Below are positions 12,210-22,712 of a stretch of 64,000 bases of DNA, one piece after another. Below the pieces are notes generated by a model. That model did no database searches. It was not told where the DNA came from and saw only the letters and a program-made list of their open reading frames with translations. A program made the position numbers and the translations under genes. The stretch is from Deltaproteobacteria bacterium (lineage in GTDB: Bacteria > Desulfobacterota > Binatia > UBA1149 > CAYXZP01): the NCBI GenBank assembly GCA_046583395.1, contig JAYGCK010000084.1, positions 5,054 to 69,053 on the forward strand. The letters run 5' to 3'. Numbering within the stretch: position 1 is the stretch's first letter; each line of letters starts with the position of its first letter.

Positions 12210-12554
12210 TCAATCGCGATTCGACCTGGCCAACAGTCGCTCGATGCGGTCGGCCTGCTCGAGTGATTCATCGGCCTCGAACTTGATGGCCGGAGCGAAC
12301 CGCAGCCGGAGTTGGCGGGTGACCTGCCGGCGAAGACGTCCGGACGAACCGGCAAGCGCCTGTCCGGCGGCCTCGCGTGCGTCGGCCGTACCGAGACAGG
12401 AGTAGCTGAGGGTCAGGTGACGAAGGTCGTCGGTCATGCGGGCACTCGTCAGCGTGACCGCAGCCAGCCTTGGGTCGCCGAGTTCGTGTTCGACGATGGT
12501 GGAGATCTCCCGCAGGATCTGCCTGGCGACCCTTCTTGCTCGTTGACCGGCCAT
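12210..12554 (-). CDS. rbfA: ribosome-binding factor A
   Basis: 114 aa with RbfA fold motifs, in the conserved position between infB and truB. Confidence 0.85.
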   Translation of the reverse strand: MAGQRARRVARQILREISTIVEHELGDPRLAAVTLTSARMTDDLRHLTLSYSCLGTADAREAAGQALAGSSGRLRRQVTRQLRLRFAPAIKFEADESLEQADRIERLLARSNRD

Positions 12555-12560
12555 GCCCTC

Positions 12561-12848
12561 TCAGTAGTTCTCGAACTCGTAAGCCTCTTCTCCCGCAGAG
12601 GCCAGGCCGAGCTGGGCGATGAACGAGGCCACTTCGCGCAAACAGCGGTCAACGTGTGAGCGGTCGTTGCCGGCCTGGACCACGCCCAAGGAGATTTTTT
12701 GCCAGTTGTCGTTGTCGGCACATTCGGCGATGGAGACGTTGAACTTGTTCTTTACCCGCGCCGTAACAGCGCGGACTACGGAACGTTTGCCCTTTAGGGA
12801 ATGGTTCTCTGGAAGGTAGAGCGTCAACTGGAGGACCCCGACCACCAT
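12561..12848 (-). CDS. DUF503 (YlxP-like) protein
   Basis: 95 aa. N-terminus MVVGVLQLTLYLPENHSLKGKR, in the conserved infB-rbfA neighbourhood. Confidence 0.75.
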   Translation of the reverse strand: MVVGVLQLTLYLPENHSLKGKRSVVRAVTARVKNKFNVSIAECADNDNWQKISLGVVQAGNDRSHVDRCLREVASFIAQLGLASAGEEAYEFENY

Positions 12849-12881
12849 GTATTTTATTTCGCGGCTAGAGGCCGCCGCCGG

Positions 12882-15515
12882 TCAGGACCCCGTATGCTCG
12901 GCGGATACCAGCGAACGCTTGATCTCATCGATCCGGAAACATTCGATGACGTCGCCGGTCTTGATGTCGGAGAAGCGGTCGAGCCCGATGCCGCATTCGT
13001 AGCCGGTGGCGACCTCGCGAACGTCGTCCTTGAAACGGCGCAGGCTGCCGACGGTGCCCGTGTGGATGACGACATTGTCCCTGAGGAGACGCGCCCGTCC
13101 GCCGCGTAGAATCTTGCCGTCGAGGACGTAGGAACCGGCGATGACGGTGCCGGGCACCCGGAAGGTGTCCCGAACCTCGGCCCGCCCTTCGGTGACCTCT
13201 TTGGTGTCGGGCGCCAGGAGCCCCTCGAGGCTGGAGCGTACCTCGTCGATGGCCTCGTAGATGACCGTGTGAAGGCGGATGTCGATGCCTTCGCGTTCGG
13301 CCGTGGCTCGCGCCTTGGCCTCGGGGCGGACATGAAAGCCGATGATGACGGCGCCCGAGGCGCGCGCGAGCTGAACGTCCGATTCGCTGATTGCTCCGAC
13401 CGCTGAGTGCAGGATGTTAAGGCGTACTTCGTCGTTACCGAGTTTTTCAAGGGTCTGCCCGAGTGCTTCGGCCGAACCTTGGGCGTCGGCTTTGACGATA
13501 ACCTTGAGCTCATCGACGGCTTTGCTGGCGATCTGCGCCTGCAAGTCCTCCAATGACATCTTGGGGGTGGCCGCTAGCTGCGTGTGCCGCTCGCTCTCGC
13601 GACGGTGCTTGGCGACCTGTTCGGCGCGAGAGGTGTCCTCTAGCACATCAAGACGATCGCCGGCCTGTGGAACACCGTCGAGTCCGACAATCTCCACCGG
13701 AGTCGATGGGCCGGCCTGCTTTACGGGTTTGCCGTTGTGATCGGTCATCGCCCGGATGCGGCCGGTGATGCTGCCGCAAACCAGGGAGTCGCCGCGTTCG
13801 AGCGTGCCCTGCTGCACCAACAACGTCGCTACCGGGCCGCGGCCTTTATCGAGCCGGGCCTCGACGATGATGCCGCGTGCACGTTTGGCCGCCGGCGTGG
13901 TCAGTTCCTGAATCTGGGCCAGCAGTGCCACCGCTTCGAGCAGGCTGTCAAGGCCGGTCTTCTTGGTTGCCGACACTCCTATGCATTGCACGTCGCCGCC
14001 CCAGTCCTCGGGCTGCAGGCCGTGCTCGGCAAGTTGCTGTTTTATGCGGTCCTGGTTGGCGTCGGGACGGTCCATCTTATTGATCGCTACGACCACGGGT
14101 ACGTTGGCGTCCTTGGCGTGATTGATGGCCTCAATGGTTTGCGGCATCACGCCGTCGTCGGCGGCGACGACGAGGATCACGATGTCGGTGATTCCGGCCC
14201 CGCGCGCCCGCATGGAGGTGAACGCGGCATGACCCGGAGTATCGAGGAAGCACAGTCGACCTTGCGCGGTGTCGACCTGGTAGGCGCCAATGTGTTGCGT
14301 GATGCCCCCGTGCTCTGAGGCGACCACATCGGTCTTACGGATAGCGTCGAGCAGAGAGGTCTTGCCATGGTCAACATGCCCCATCACGGTGACCACCGGC
14401 GGTCGCGGCTCTTGCTCGACGGCTTCTTCGTCCTGGGGGGCCTCTTGCGCCAGAAGCTCTTCGGCCGAGACCGCTATGTTCTCCACGGTGTGATCGAACT
14501 CGTCGGCCACGAGGGTGGCCGTGTCGAGGTCTATCGCGTCGTTGACCGTCTTCATCACGCCCATACCCACCAGCGCCGTCAGAACCTGACCGGCCTTGAC
14601 CCCCATCGAGCGAGCCAATTCCCCCGGTGTGGTTACCTCGTTAATCTTGACTACGCGCTTGATCGCCTTGGGGGTGGTGAGTTCGGTCTGCTTTAACTTT
14701 TGGCCGGGCCCCGCTCTCTTTTTCCGCGGCCTTGCCTTGTAGGACCGTTCTCCCGCATCGAACATGTCCTCTTTGCGTACTACCTTGCGCTTGCGCTTGC
14801 GTGCGGGACGTTCGGCCTCGGCCGGTTCCTCCTTTGGTTTCTCTGTGGCTGGCCGCGTAGCCGTAGTCTTGGTAAGGTCGATGCGTCCGAGGATCCGCGC
14901 TCCGGAACGCCCCGTGCTCGCTTCCCCCGCCGCATCGGCCGTTTCGCTATTGGCGGCGCTCAGCATCTCCTCGGCCAAACGATCCTGTTCTTCCCGCGGA
15001 ACGGCGGGGGTGAACTCCTCCACTACTTCCGTTTCGGCCTGTGTGGCGGCCGGTTCGTCGGGCGTATCTACTTGGCTGCTTTGTGCGGCGCCGGCCATCT
15101 TACGGTCGGTCGGGACCACCAAGGAGGCTGCGTGAGAGAACTCGCCAAGCTCGAAGGATGCCAGCAGGTCCGGGTCGAGGTCGACAAGGGTCGTTGCCGA
15201 CAGCCCGGCCGGTATTAGAGGCCCGGCCCCGTTGCTGCCGCCGTCTTCAGGATCGGCCTGCTTCTTGCGCCGGCGGATGACGACCCCGGGCTTTTTGGAG
15301 GCGGTTTTCACGCCCACCGAGGCGGTCTCGCCCTCGGCGATGACCGCCTGGATGGCCGGCGGGCCCAGCAGATCGCGAACGCGCGATTGCTCCTCGTCGT
15401 CGAGGGCGCTCTGGGCCTTCTTGCCCTCTATCCCGAGCGAACCGAGGCGCTCGATGAAATCCCGGCTCGACATGCCCCACTGGGCGGCCAACTGATGTAC
15501 TCGCTCACGTCCCAT
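12882..15515 (-). CDS. infB: translation initiation factor IF-2
   Basis: 877 aa with a GTPase domain ([12 protein letters not shown]), a charged linker and the IF2 C-terminal domains. Confidence 0.95.
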   Translation of the reverse strand: MGRERVHQLAAQWGMSSRDFIERLGSLGIEGKKAQSALDDEEQSRVRDLLGPPAIQAVIAEGETASVGVKTASKKPGVVIRRRKKQADPEDGGSNGAGPLIPAGLSATTLVDLDPDLLASFELGEFSHAASLVVPTDRKMAGAAQSSQVDTPDEPAATQAETEVVEEFTPAVPREEQDRLAEEMLSAANSETADAAGEASTGRSGARILGRIDLTKTTATRPATEKPKEEPAEAERPARKRKRKVVRKEDMFDAGERSYKARPRKKRAGPGQKLKQTELTTPKAIKRVVKINEVTTPGELARSMGVKAGQVLTALVGMGVMKTVNDAIDLDTATLVADEFDHTVENIAVSAEELLAQEAPQDEEAVEQEPRPPVVTVMGHVDHGKTSLLDAIRKTDVVASEHGGITQHIGAYQVDTAQGRLCFLDTPGHAAFTSMRARGAGITDIVILVVAADDGVMPQTIEAINHAKDANVPVVVAINKMDRPDANQDRIKQQLAEHGLQPEDWGGDVQCIGVSATKKTGLDSLLEAVALLAQIQELTTPAAKRARGIIVEARLDKGRGPVATLLVQQGTLERGDSLVCGSITGRIRAMTDHNGKPVKQAGPSTPVEIVGLDGVPQAGDRLDVLEDTSRAEQVAKHRRESERHTQLAATPKMSLEDLQAQIASKAVDELKVIVKADAQGSAEALGQTLEKLGNDEVRLNILHSAVGAISESDVQLARASGAVIIGFHVRPEAKARATAEREGIDIRLHTVIYEAIDEVRSSLEGLLAPDTKEVTEGRAEVRDTFRVPGTVIAGSYVLDGKILRGGRARLLRDNVVIHTGTVGSLRRFKDDVREVATGYECGIGLDRFSDIKTGDVIECFRIDEIKRSLVSAEHTGS

Positions 15516-15530
15516 ACCGAACCGTGCCCC

Positions 15531-15812
15531 TTACAATACTCCTTGCGGAGGCTCCAGCGTCTCTAACAGAGCTGCACCGAGCCGCTCCTTGTGCTTCCGT
15601 GTGGGACGGATGCGGAGCGAGCGGTCGATGAGCCTGCTCTTGGTCATTGCCCGTACGCAGTCGCCGGCGGGGTGCAGGTAGGCGCTGCGTCCAAACGGTG
15701 TTGCATTGGCCGCCCCTAGCCCGTCCTTGCCCGTGGCCGACAGGCGCACAAGCTCGCTCTGGGGCGAGCGTTGGCCGCAGCCCACGCAGGTCCTTTGAGG
15801 GGACGACGGCAT
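15531..15812 (-). CDS. YlxR/DUF448 family RNA-binding protein
   Basis: Carries the CVGCG motif and sits in the conserved nusA-infB intergenic position. The start could be the upstream Met at 15827 (overlapping nusA) or Met6 at 15812. Confidence 0.7.
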   Translation of the reverse strand: MPSSPQRTCVGCGQRSPQSELVRLSATGKDGLGAANATPFGRSAYLHPAGDCVRAMTKSRLIDRSLRIRPTRKHKERLGAALLETLEPPQGVL

Positions 15813-15813
15813 G

Positions 15814-17286
15814 CTAGTTCTTGGCATCCCCGTCGTCGGTGTCGTTGCTTTCGGGGGTCGCTTCGGCCTCGGGTTCGACCTCGGCTTTCGCTTCGGCTTC
15901 GGTCGCTGCCGTTTCCGTTTCAGCGTCGTCTGCGGGAACAGCGCTGGCTTCGGCCTCGCCCTCCTCGGGTTCGGGTGGGATAAGGAGTTCGACGGCAGCC
16001 TCGCTCACCGCGCCAGCTACACGCAGGACCATGCGGGCCAGCCGTTCCCGTTCGGCGGCAATCGCGGCCGCTCCGAGAATCTCTGCGACCTGCTCGAGCG
16101 GCGCCTCGATGACCTCGGCGATGGTTTTGACCTCGCTGGTGGCCAGTTCCGCGGCCGACTTGTAGCCGTCGGCCAACAGCAGTTCCGCTCTCAGGTCGCC
16201 GAGGCCGGTTACCCGCCTGAGCGAGCGTCTTGCCTCGCGTATCCGCTTCTCGGCGTCGTTCTCGCTGCACACGTCGAGTTTCCAGCCGGTGAGCTTGCTT
16301 GCCAGCCGTACGTTCTGGCCCTTACGTCCGATTGCGAGCGAGAGTTGGTCGTCGGGCGCGATTACCTCCATCGTGCGGGCCTCTTCGTCGATGACGATTC
16401 GGGAAATTTTGGCCGGCGCCAGGGCACGGCAGACGAACTCGGTCTCGTCCGGTATCCACGGAACAATGTCGATGCGTTCGCCTCGCAGTTCCTGGACCAC
16501 GGCCTGTACCCTGCTGCCCCGCATCCCGACGCAGGCACCAACGGGGTCCACGTCCGAATCGTTGGATATTACGGCAATCTTTGCCCGCCCGCCTGGCTCG
16601 CGCACGACATCACGTATCTCAACTATGCCCTCGTAGACCTCGGGCACTTCCTGTTCGAAGAGCCTGCGGACCAGCTCGGGGCTGGTTCGCGACAGGGCAA
16701 TCTGGGAGCCGCGCCCGGTCTCGTTCACATCGACGATGAGCGCGCGTAGACGGTCGCCCTGACGGTAACGTTCGCGGGGTATCTGTTCGCGCTCGGGGAG
16801 GATGGCGTCAACGTTGGGGCGCAACTGGACGATGATGTTGCGTCTCTCGAAGCGCATCACGATGCCGGACTGAATGGTCCCCTCGTGGACCTTGAACTCG
16901 TTGAAGATCATCGCGCGCTCGTAGTCGCGTACCTTCTGGACGATGTTTTGCTTGGCCGCCTGTGCCGCGATGCGGCCGAACGGCGCTGTGTCGAGCTTTA
17001 GTAGCAGCTCGTCACTGAGTTCGGCCTCGGGGCCGATTTCGCCGCGAGCCTGGTCGAGGGTAATCTCGTTCAACGGGTCGGCGACCTCCGTGACCACGCT
17101 TTGGACCTTGTAGACCTCGACCTCGCCGGTGTCGTCGTTGTACTTGGCCTCTACGTTGAGCTCGGCTCCGTAGGTCTTACGGGCAGCCGAACGCATCGCT
17201 TCTTCGACGGCCTCGACGACCAGGGCCTTCTCTATGCCCTTTTCCTTGCTGACCTGTTCAATGACCCGTCCAAGTTCCAGCTGCAT
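15814..17286 (-). CDS. nusA: transcription termination/antitermination factor NusA
   Basis: 490 aa with S1, KH and acidic C-terminal repeat regions. N-terminus MQLELGRVIEQVSKEKGI. Confidence 0.95.
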   Translation of the reverse strand: MQLELGRVIEQVSKEKGIEKALVVEAVEEAMRSAARKTYGAELNVEAKYNDDTGEVEVYKVQSVVTEVADPLNEITLDQARGEIGPEAELSDELLLKLDTAPFGRIAAQAAKQNIVQKVRDYERAMIFNEFKVHEGTIQSGIVMRFERRNIIVQLRPNVDAILPEREQIPRERYRQGDRLRALIVDVNETGRGSQIALSRTSPELVRRLFEQEVPEVYEGIVEIRDVVREPGGRAKIAVISNDSDVDPVGACVGMRGSRVQAVVQELRGERIDIVPWIPDETEFVCRALAPAKISRIVIDEEARTMEVIAPDDQLSLAIGRKGQNVRLASKLTGWKLDVCSENDAEKRIREARRSLRRVTGLGDLRAELLLADGYKSAAELATSEVKTIAEVIEAPLEQVAEILGAAAIAAERERLARMVLRVAGAVSEAAVELLIPPEPEEGEAEASAVPADDAETETAATEAEAKAEVEPEAEATPESNDTDDGDAKN

Positions 17287-17322
17287 TATCCTTCCTCCGT
17301 CGCTTCCTGGCTCAGCGGCCGC

Positions 17323-17820
17323 CTAGCGCTTGCGGCCGGCCTCGGCCTCGAAATCATGCTCGTAGTTGGCTCGTTCGATAGCTGCCAACGGCAGGTTGAC
17401 GGTGCCGCTGCCCTCGTCGTCCACGGTTATGCTCTGGTCGTCGGCCGAGATGAGGCGCCCCAGAAAATTGCGCCTACCGTCAATCTTTTCGTCGGTCCGT
17501 ACTCGCACTCTCTCTCCGATTATTCGGGCGAAGTGTTTCGGCTTGCGCAGCCGCCGGTTCACGCCCGGCGAGGACACCTCGAGCATGTAACGCTCGCGCC
17601 CTTCCTCGTGCGCGTCGAGCACGTCACCGAGCCGGCGGCTGACGGCTTCACAGTCCTTGACCGAGACCGCCTCTGTGCCCGTGGCCCTATCGACGAAGAT
17701 TCGCAAGGTGCGACTGCCGGCTCCCCCTCCGACCTCGACCTCGACAAGCTCCAGACCGGCCTCCCCGACTACCGGTTCGGCCAGGTTCCAGACCCGTTCG
17801 CGGCTGCCGTCCGTTCCCAT
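17323..17820 (-). CDS. rimP: ribosome maturation factor RimP
   Basis: 165 aa; GLELVEVEV...LRIFVD is the RimP signature, and the gene is upstream of nusA. Confidence 0.85.
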   Translation of the reverse strand: MGTDGSRERVWNLAEPVVGEAGLELVEVEVGGGAGSRTLRIFVDRATGTEAVSVKDCEAVSRRLGDVLDAHEEGRERYMLEVSSPGVNRRLRKPKHFARIIGERVRVRTDEKIDGRRNFLGRLISADDQSITVDDEGSGTVNLPLAAIERANYEHDFEAEAGRKR

Positions 17821-17837
17821 TTCTTCCTAATTCCGGG

Positions 17838-17868
17838 CAAATAAAAAGGTGGGCCGTGGCCCACCTCA
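17838..17868 (-). terminator. rho-independent terminator-like hairpin (ggtgggcc-gtg-ggcccacc) followed by TTTTTTATTT on the minus strand, between greA and rimP
   Basis: An 8-bp perfect GC-rich stem and a T-run are read directly from the sequence. It lies about 85 nt downstream of the greA stop and about 20 nt upstream of the rimP ATG. Confidence 0.6.
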
Positions 17869-17950
17869 AAACGGCTCGAAGCCCGTCTTTCGGCGCCCGA
17901 ATTGCGCCCTTTAGCTAACACAGGCCTGCTCGGGCGGCAAGGCGCCCCGG

Positions 17951-18424
17951 CTAGCGCTCGTGGAAGGTCGTGACCGACAGGACCGCGAGGGTGCGGGACC
18001 CCGAAGGCAACTGGACGGTCACCTCATCGCCAGCCTGTTTTTCTAACAGGGCCTGACCGAGAGGAGCCGCCATCGAAACCAGACCCTTGGGGGGGTCGGC
18101 CTCCTCGGGAAAGACCACCTCGTAAACGGTCTGGTCGCCGCTATCGCAGTCCTCGACCTCCACCCGGCTACCGTAGCCAATGACGTCGGTGGGAATCGAG
18201 GAGACGTCATAACGCGACAACGCCGCCAGGCGTTCGGCCAGTTGCCCGATGCGAGCCATCAAAATGCCCTGCCTGTCCTTGGCCGCGTCGTACTCGGCGT
18301 TCTCCGATAGATCGCCGTGTGCTCGTGCCTCTTCGAGCAGGCGGGGAACCTCGACATTGAGTTCCCGTTCGAACCCGGTCTTTTCGGCCTTGAGCTTGGC
18401 CACTATGGGTAGGTCGCTGGGCAT
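17951..18424 (-). CDS. greA: transcription elongation factor GreA
   Basis: 157 aa with a coiled-coil N-terminus and an FKBP-like C-terminus. The DLSENAEY motif is present. Confidence 0.9.
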   Translation of the reverse strand: MPSDLPIVAKLKAEKTGFERELNVEVPRLLEEARAHGDLSENAEYDAAKDRQGILMARIGQLAERLAALSRYDVSSIPTDVIGYGSRVEVEDCDSGDQTVYEVVFPEEADPPKGLVSMAAPLGQALLEKQAGDEVTVQLPSGSRTLAVLSVTTFHER

Positions 18425-18458
18425 TGGCGCGAGATGCTAGAGCCCGGTCGTCAGGCTG

Positions 18459-18920
18459 TCAACGGCCGCGCTGTTCGAGGGCTGCGGCGACGGCGCCGCT
18501 TGCCTCGCGGCCGTCGTATCCGCCGGCGTAGCGCGCACCGAGTTCTTTCATGACGGGGCCGATAGCTTCGGCTCCGGTCTCCTCGATGATTGCTTCGATT
18601 GCCGCACGTAAAGCGTCCCCGCTCAGTTGCGAGGGGAGCATCTCCTCTAGGAGTGCCAGTTCGGCGCGTGCTTCTTCTACCAGCGATGTCCGTCCGGCCT
18701 TCTCGGCAAATTCGAGGGCCTCCCGGGTCTGTTTGGCCTCGCGCTTGAGGATGGTCATAAGCTCCTTGGCGTCGAGCGGCTTGTCGCCGGCTAGCTTGAG
18801 TTCGATGCGCCGGTTCTTTGCCGCGGCCATCACGTTGCGAAGAATCTTGGCCGCCGTCCGGTCGCGTGCCCGCAGGGCTGCCTCGAGTCTTTCGCGAAGC
18901 TGGGATTCGTCGGAGATCAT
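18459..18920 (-). CDS. GatB/YqeY domain protein
   Basis: 153 aa matching the YqeY family (AALRARDRTAAKILRNVMAAAKN...GPVMKEL). Confidence 0.75.
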   Translation of the reverse strand: MISDESQLRERLEAALRARDRTAAKILRNVMAAAKNRRIELKLAGDKPLDAKELMTILKREAKQTREALEFAEKAGRTSLVEEARAELALLEEMLPSQLSGDALRAAIEAIIEETGAEAIGPVMKELGARYAGGYDGREASGAVAAALEQRGR

Positions 18921-21526
18921 CGGCCGTTCATCTTTGCCCGGGCCGGGGCCAGGCGTTCGACAAAGACATCCATCGCCGTGTGTCCGGGTCCGCGGGTCAC
19001 TACGCGTTCGCGTTTGCCCTTGTCCTCGGAACCCACGTAGCCGAGTTCCTCGAAGCGTGCCAGGGCATTGCGGTAAAGGATAGGGTTATTCCCCTCTGGC
19101 TTGCTGAGTTCCCCCAGGAGTATCCCGGCCTCGTAGTGTTCGCGGACGTCCTCGAGGAACTCCTTCAACTCCACGTTGCCACCGGTGAGCTTGGAACGAA
19201 CACGGCGGGCGCAGGTCCAGTAGGACTCGCGAAAACTATCGAGCAGTCCCGCGCCGGCCCGGACCTGCGGGTGTTGGGGGTCGAGTCCGTCTTGGCCGAG
19301 CGCGCCTTCTTTGCGAAGGAACTCGACCTGTTCGTCCACAAGTCCGGCCACCGTCTCACGTTTGGGCAGCGGGAACTCGTACCGCAACAGGTCGAGCCAC
19401 CAAGAGACGTGTTCCTCAAGCTCGTCTGTCCGACGCCCCTCTACAAGACCAGAGGCCACCAGTGAGGGAATCAGGAATACATGGATGAGATTGTTCTTGT
19501 AGAAGTCCAACGCCAGGCGCTTGGATTCGGGAACTACGAGAATCTCTTCGTTGCCACGGTGGAGCGTGTCTATCAGGTGGTTGCTCGACAAGAACCCGAG
19601 GCTCTCGCGAAAGTCGCCGATGTTGCGGTCGAGCGAGGCGGTCAGGCGCACCCCGGCATGCTTTACCTGACGGGCCAGTGCATTGGCCAGTTCGGCGTAC
19701 TCCTGGTAGCGCTGACCGGAATGAGGAGCTGATAGCAACACGCTGGCCGACACCGAAGTGGCCCCGGCCACGCTAGCCGCATTGACCTTGCGAAGAATCT
19801 CGAACCCGAGTTTTTGAACGAAGCGGCGGCGGCCGGTGGCCGCCTCCTCGCCGGCCTCGGCCAGTTGGGTGCGTTGCTCGCCCAGTGCACCGGCAAACGA
19901 CATCGGCTCTCCGAATGACATGTAGACGGTGCCGTAGCGTTGCTGGAGAAAGCGGCGGGCTCTGAGCAGTGCGCCAATGCTTTCGGTCTGTTTCGAACCG
20001 CCGCGCAACTCGTCCTCGTAGGCGCCTTCCTCGACGATGCGGCCGTAGTGGATCGATACCGGCACCAGGTAGAGGTCCTTACGAGTGCCCTCCAGGAAGG
20101 CGTCGACGATGGCCGAGAGCATGCCCAATTTTGGCTGCAGCATCTTGCCCGTGCGACTCCGGCCACCTTCGATGAAGAACTCCTGGGTGTAGCCCTCGCG
20201 GATCAGGAACTTCAGGTACTGCCCGAAGACCCGCTTGTAGAGTTCGTTGTCCTTGAAGCTTCGCCGTACAAAGAAAGCACCGGCTGCGCGGAACACTGTG
20301 CTCAGAGGCCAGAATGCCATGTTGATGCCTGCCATGATGTGGGGCGGGCTGACGAAGTTCAGGTGAAACAAGTAGCTCACAATCACGAAGTCCAAGTAGC
20401 TTCGGTGGCAGGGCACGAGCACTACCGGGTAGTTACGGGCCTTGTCGACCACCCCCTCGAAACCGATTGTCTCGATGCCCGAGAATATCCGGTCCCACAC
20501 CTTCTTGACCAGATAGGCTATGACCCCGAAGACTGGGCCGTTGAAGTTGGCCGCCATCTCCTCGAAATAGCCGTCGGCCTCCTTGCGAAGTTTGGCCGGG
20601 CTCGTGCCCGCCGCTTCGGCTAGTTCCCGGATTGAGGCCGACATTTCCTCACTTTCGAGCACAATGGCCTTTATCTCCCGGCGCGGCAGCAGCGCCGGAC
20701 CGAGCACCACCCTCTCCTCCCTGGCCAGGAATATTTGTATTGCTCGCGACAGACGCCTGACTATCTGGTCGCCAAGCTCATCGTGATACCGCGCGATGAA
20801 TTCGGAGAGCACGACCTCGTTGCCCACGGTGAAAAACATATTGCGGCGGTTCCACCAATAGGTGAACAGCTTACGGGTGTCGCTGGGGTATTCTTGGGCG
20901 TTGTAGACGACGGCCGAGAGTCCGGTCACCCTTCGCTTGAAGCTGTGTCCGCGAAACAGGGCCAGGGGAACGATAAACTTTTCGCGCGAACCGGCGGTCT
21001 GGGTCGAGACCACCTCGCGTAGGAAGTCTGCGCCGACACGCGACCGGGCCGGACGCGAGAACATCGCGCTGCCGCGACGGCCGCGCATGAAGATTAAAAC
21101 AGGCCGGCCTTGGGCGACACAGTTGGCGCAGTGGTCGTGGTCGCCGGCCGTACCGTTGCGGCCGGAACCGCGCCTGCGTAGCTTTGCCCGGAAGACGCGG
21201 ACCAGTTCGCCCAACGGTGCTAGTGCACTGGCCGAGACCCCGTTGGCAAACACCGGCAGCGGCAGGCCCTCGCGGCGCAGTACGAAGTTGAGAAGGACGT
21301 AATCGATAAGTGAACGTTGGCGGAGCACGTACACGACGGTGCCGCGCTCGGCCAAGCGCTTGATCTTATCGATGGAGGCTTCGTTGATGACCACCTGGCG
21401 GAACAGGTAGCGGCCGGCAAGCTCGGCCAGCCAACTGAACCGTTCTCGCATTGCCGAGCTGTGGGCCGCGCCCTCTCCAGTGCCGCTCCTTGCGGGGCCG
21501 GCTGAGACCTGTTCGCCGAGCGCCAT
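18917..21526 (-). CDS. plsB: glycerol-3-phosphate 1-O-acyltransferase (PlsB-like)
   Basis: 869 aa. The HxxxxD acyltransferase motif (PCHRSYLD) and the FIEGGRSRTG block are present. The stop overlaps the downstream YqeY start (ATGA). Confidence 0.8.
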   Translation of the reverse strand: MALGEQVSAGPARSGTGEGAAHSSAMRERFSWLAELAGRYLFRQVVINEASIDKIKRLAERGTVVYVLRQRSLIDYVLLNFVLRREGLPLPVFANGVSASALAPLGELVRVFRAKLRRRGSGRNGTAGDHDHCANCVAQGRPVLIFMRGRRGSAMFSRPARSRVGADFLREVVSTQTAGSREKFIVPLALFRGHSFKRRVTGLSAVVYNAQEYPSDTRKLFTYWWNRRNMFFTVGNEVVLSEFIARYHDELGDQIVRRLSRAIQIFLAREERVVLGPALLPRREIKAIVLESEEMSASIRELAEAAGTSPAKLRKEADGYFEEMAANFNGPVFGVIAYLVKKVWDRIFSGIETIGFEGVVDKARNYPVVLVPCHRSYLDFVIVSYLFHLNFVSPPHIMAGINMAFWPLSTVFRAAGAFFVRRSFKDNELYKRVFGQYLKFLIREGYTQEFFIEGGRSRTGKMLQPKLGMLSAIVDAFLEGTRKDLYLVPVSIHYGRIVEEGAYEDELRGGSKQTESIGALLRARRFLQQRYGTVYMSFGEPMSFAGALGEQRTQLAEAGEEAATGRRRFVQKLGFEILRKVNAASVAGATSVSASVLLSAPHSGQRYQEYAELANALARQVKHAGVRLTASLDRNIGDFRESLGFLSSNHLIDTLHRGNEEILVVPESKRLALDFYKNNLIHVFLIPSLVASGLVEGRRTDELEEHVSWWLDLLRYEFPLPKRETVAGLVDEQVEFLRKEGALGQDGLDPQHPQVRAGAGLLDSFRESYWTCARRVRSKLTGGNVELKEFLEDVREHYEAGILLGELSKPEGNNPILYRNALARFEELGYVGSEDKGKRERVVTRGPGHTAMDVFVERLAPARAKMNGR

Positions 21527-21528
21527 AT

Positions 21529-22620
21529 CTAGAGGAGGTCCTTCCTCCGGCCGGAGCGCAAGGCCTCGACCACGCGACGGACCTCCTGGGACCTATCGCG
21601 CCGGCAAACCAGCAGCGCGTCGCCACTGTCGATGATTGCGAGGTCGGCGACCCCGACCAAGGCCACTTCACGACCATCGACAGCGACTATGTTGTTGCTG
21701 GCGTCTACCGAGAGCAGTGGCTTTCGAGAGGCGTTGCCGTGGGCATCCTTGGGCCACAGTTCGCCAACCGCGTCCCAGCTGCCGATGTCGTTCCATTGGA
21801 ACCGCGCCTCGATGACGGCTGCGCGTCGCGAGCGCTCCATGACGCCGTAATCTATCGAGATGTCGGGCAAGCCCGGGTATGCCTTGTCAATGACCGACTG
21901 GGGTATGCGACCACGGCGCCGGGCCGCCTCCATGCGTTCGAGTCCCCGGTGGACCTTTGGAAGCCAGCGCGCGAGTTCCTCGATCACGGTCGTGGCCTTC
22001 CACACGAACATGCCCGCGTTCCAGTAGTAGTTGCCGGCTGCCACGAAGCGCTTGGCACGAGCTAGCGAGGGTTTTTCGCAAAACCTATCGACATTTCGCG
22101 CCGCGCCGCCGCGCACCAATCGGTTTCCGGCCTTGATGTAGCCGTAACCGGTGGCGGGCCCGTCGGGGCGGATGCCGAAAGTGAGCAGGCGGTCGAGCGA
22201 ATCGGCCTCGGCAAAGGCTCGGGCCAGGTCCTTACGAAAGACCGGAGCCGGAGCGATTACGTGGTCTGCCGGGAGAACCGCCATGACGGCGTCGGGCCGC
22301 CTTGCGGCCACTTCCAGGGCGCTCCAGCCTATACACGGTGCGGTGTTCCTTCTCACCGGCTCGCACAGGATGTTGCGGGCGGGAAGTTCGGGCAGGGCCT
22401 TGGCCACGTCACGGCGGTACCGCTTGCCGGTGACGACCATGATGTTCTCGGCTGGAACTGCGCCCCGGAGCCGGCGGACGGTTTCGGCCAGCATGCTTTG
22501 GGGGCCGGTCAGCGATAGAAGCTGTTTGGGCCGGGCCTCGCGGCTCATCGGCCAGAACCGTGTTCCTACCCCGCCGGCCATGATGACCGCGTATCGTCTC
22601 TGGAGGCGAACCGAACTCAT
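21529..22620 (-). CDS. mannose-1-phosphate guanylyltransferase-like nucleotidyltransferase
   Basis: N-terminal GGVGTRFWPMSR motif of sugar nucleotidyltransferases, with a ManC/CpsB-like architecture. Confidence 0.75.
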   Translation of the reverse strand: MSSVRLQRRYAVIMAGGVGTRFWPMSREARPKQLLSLTGPQSMLAETVRRLRGAVPAENIMVVTGKRYRRDVAKALPELPARNILCEPVRRNTAPCIGWSALEVAARRPDAVMAVLPADHVIAPAPVFRKDLARAFAEADSLDRLLTFGIRPDGPATGYGYIKAGNRLVRGGAARNVDRFCEKPSLARAKRFVAAGNYYWNAGMFVWKATTVIEELARWLPKVHRGLERMEAARRRGRIPQSVIDKAYPGLPDISIDYGVMERSRRAAVIEARFQWNDIGSWDAVGELWPKDAHGNASRKPLLSVDASNNIVAVDGREVALVGVADLAIIDSGDALLVCRRDRSQEVRRVVEALRSGRRKDLL

Positions 22621-22712
22621 GGCGTCATCCTAGCCTAGCAGAATCATCAAAGCCCGAAGAGGCAAAGGCAAGCTTTTCTTGCGGGCAGCGCCGGAGCGGC
22701 TATGCTCGTGCG

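Noticed and set aside
17870-17950. Possible tRNA (a metY-like gene) upstream of rimP, as in the E. coli nusA operon.
   Set aside because: I could not assemble a cloverleaf, anticodon arm or T-loop consensus from the 80 nt available.
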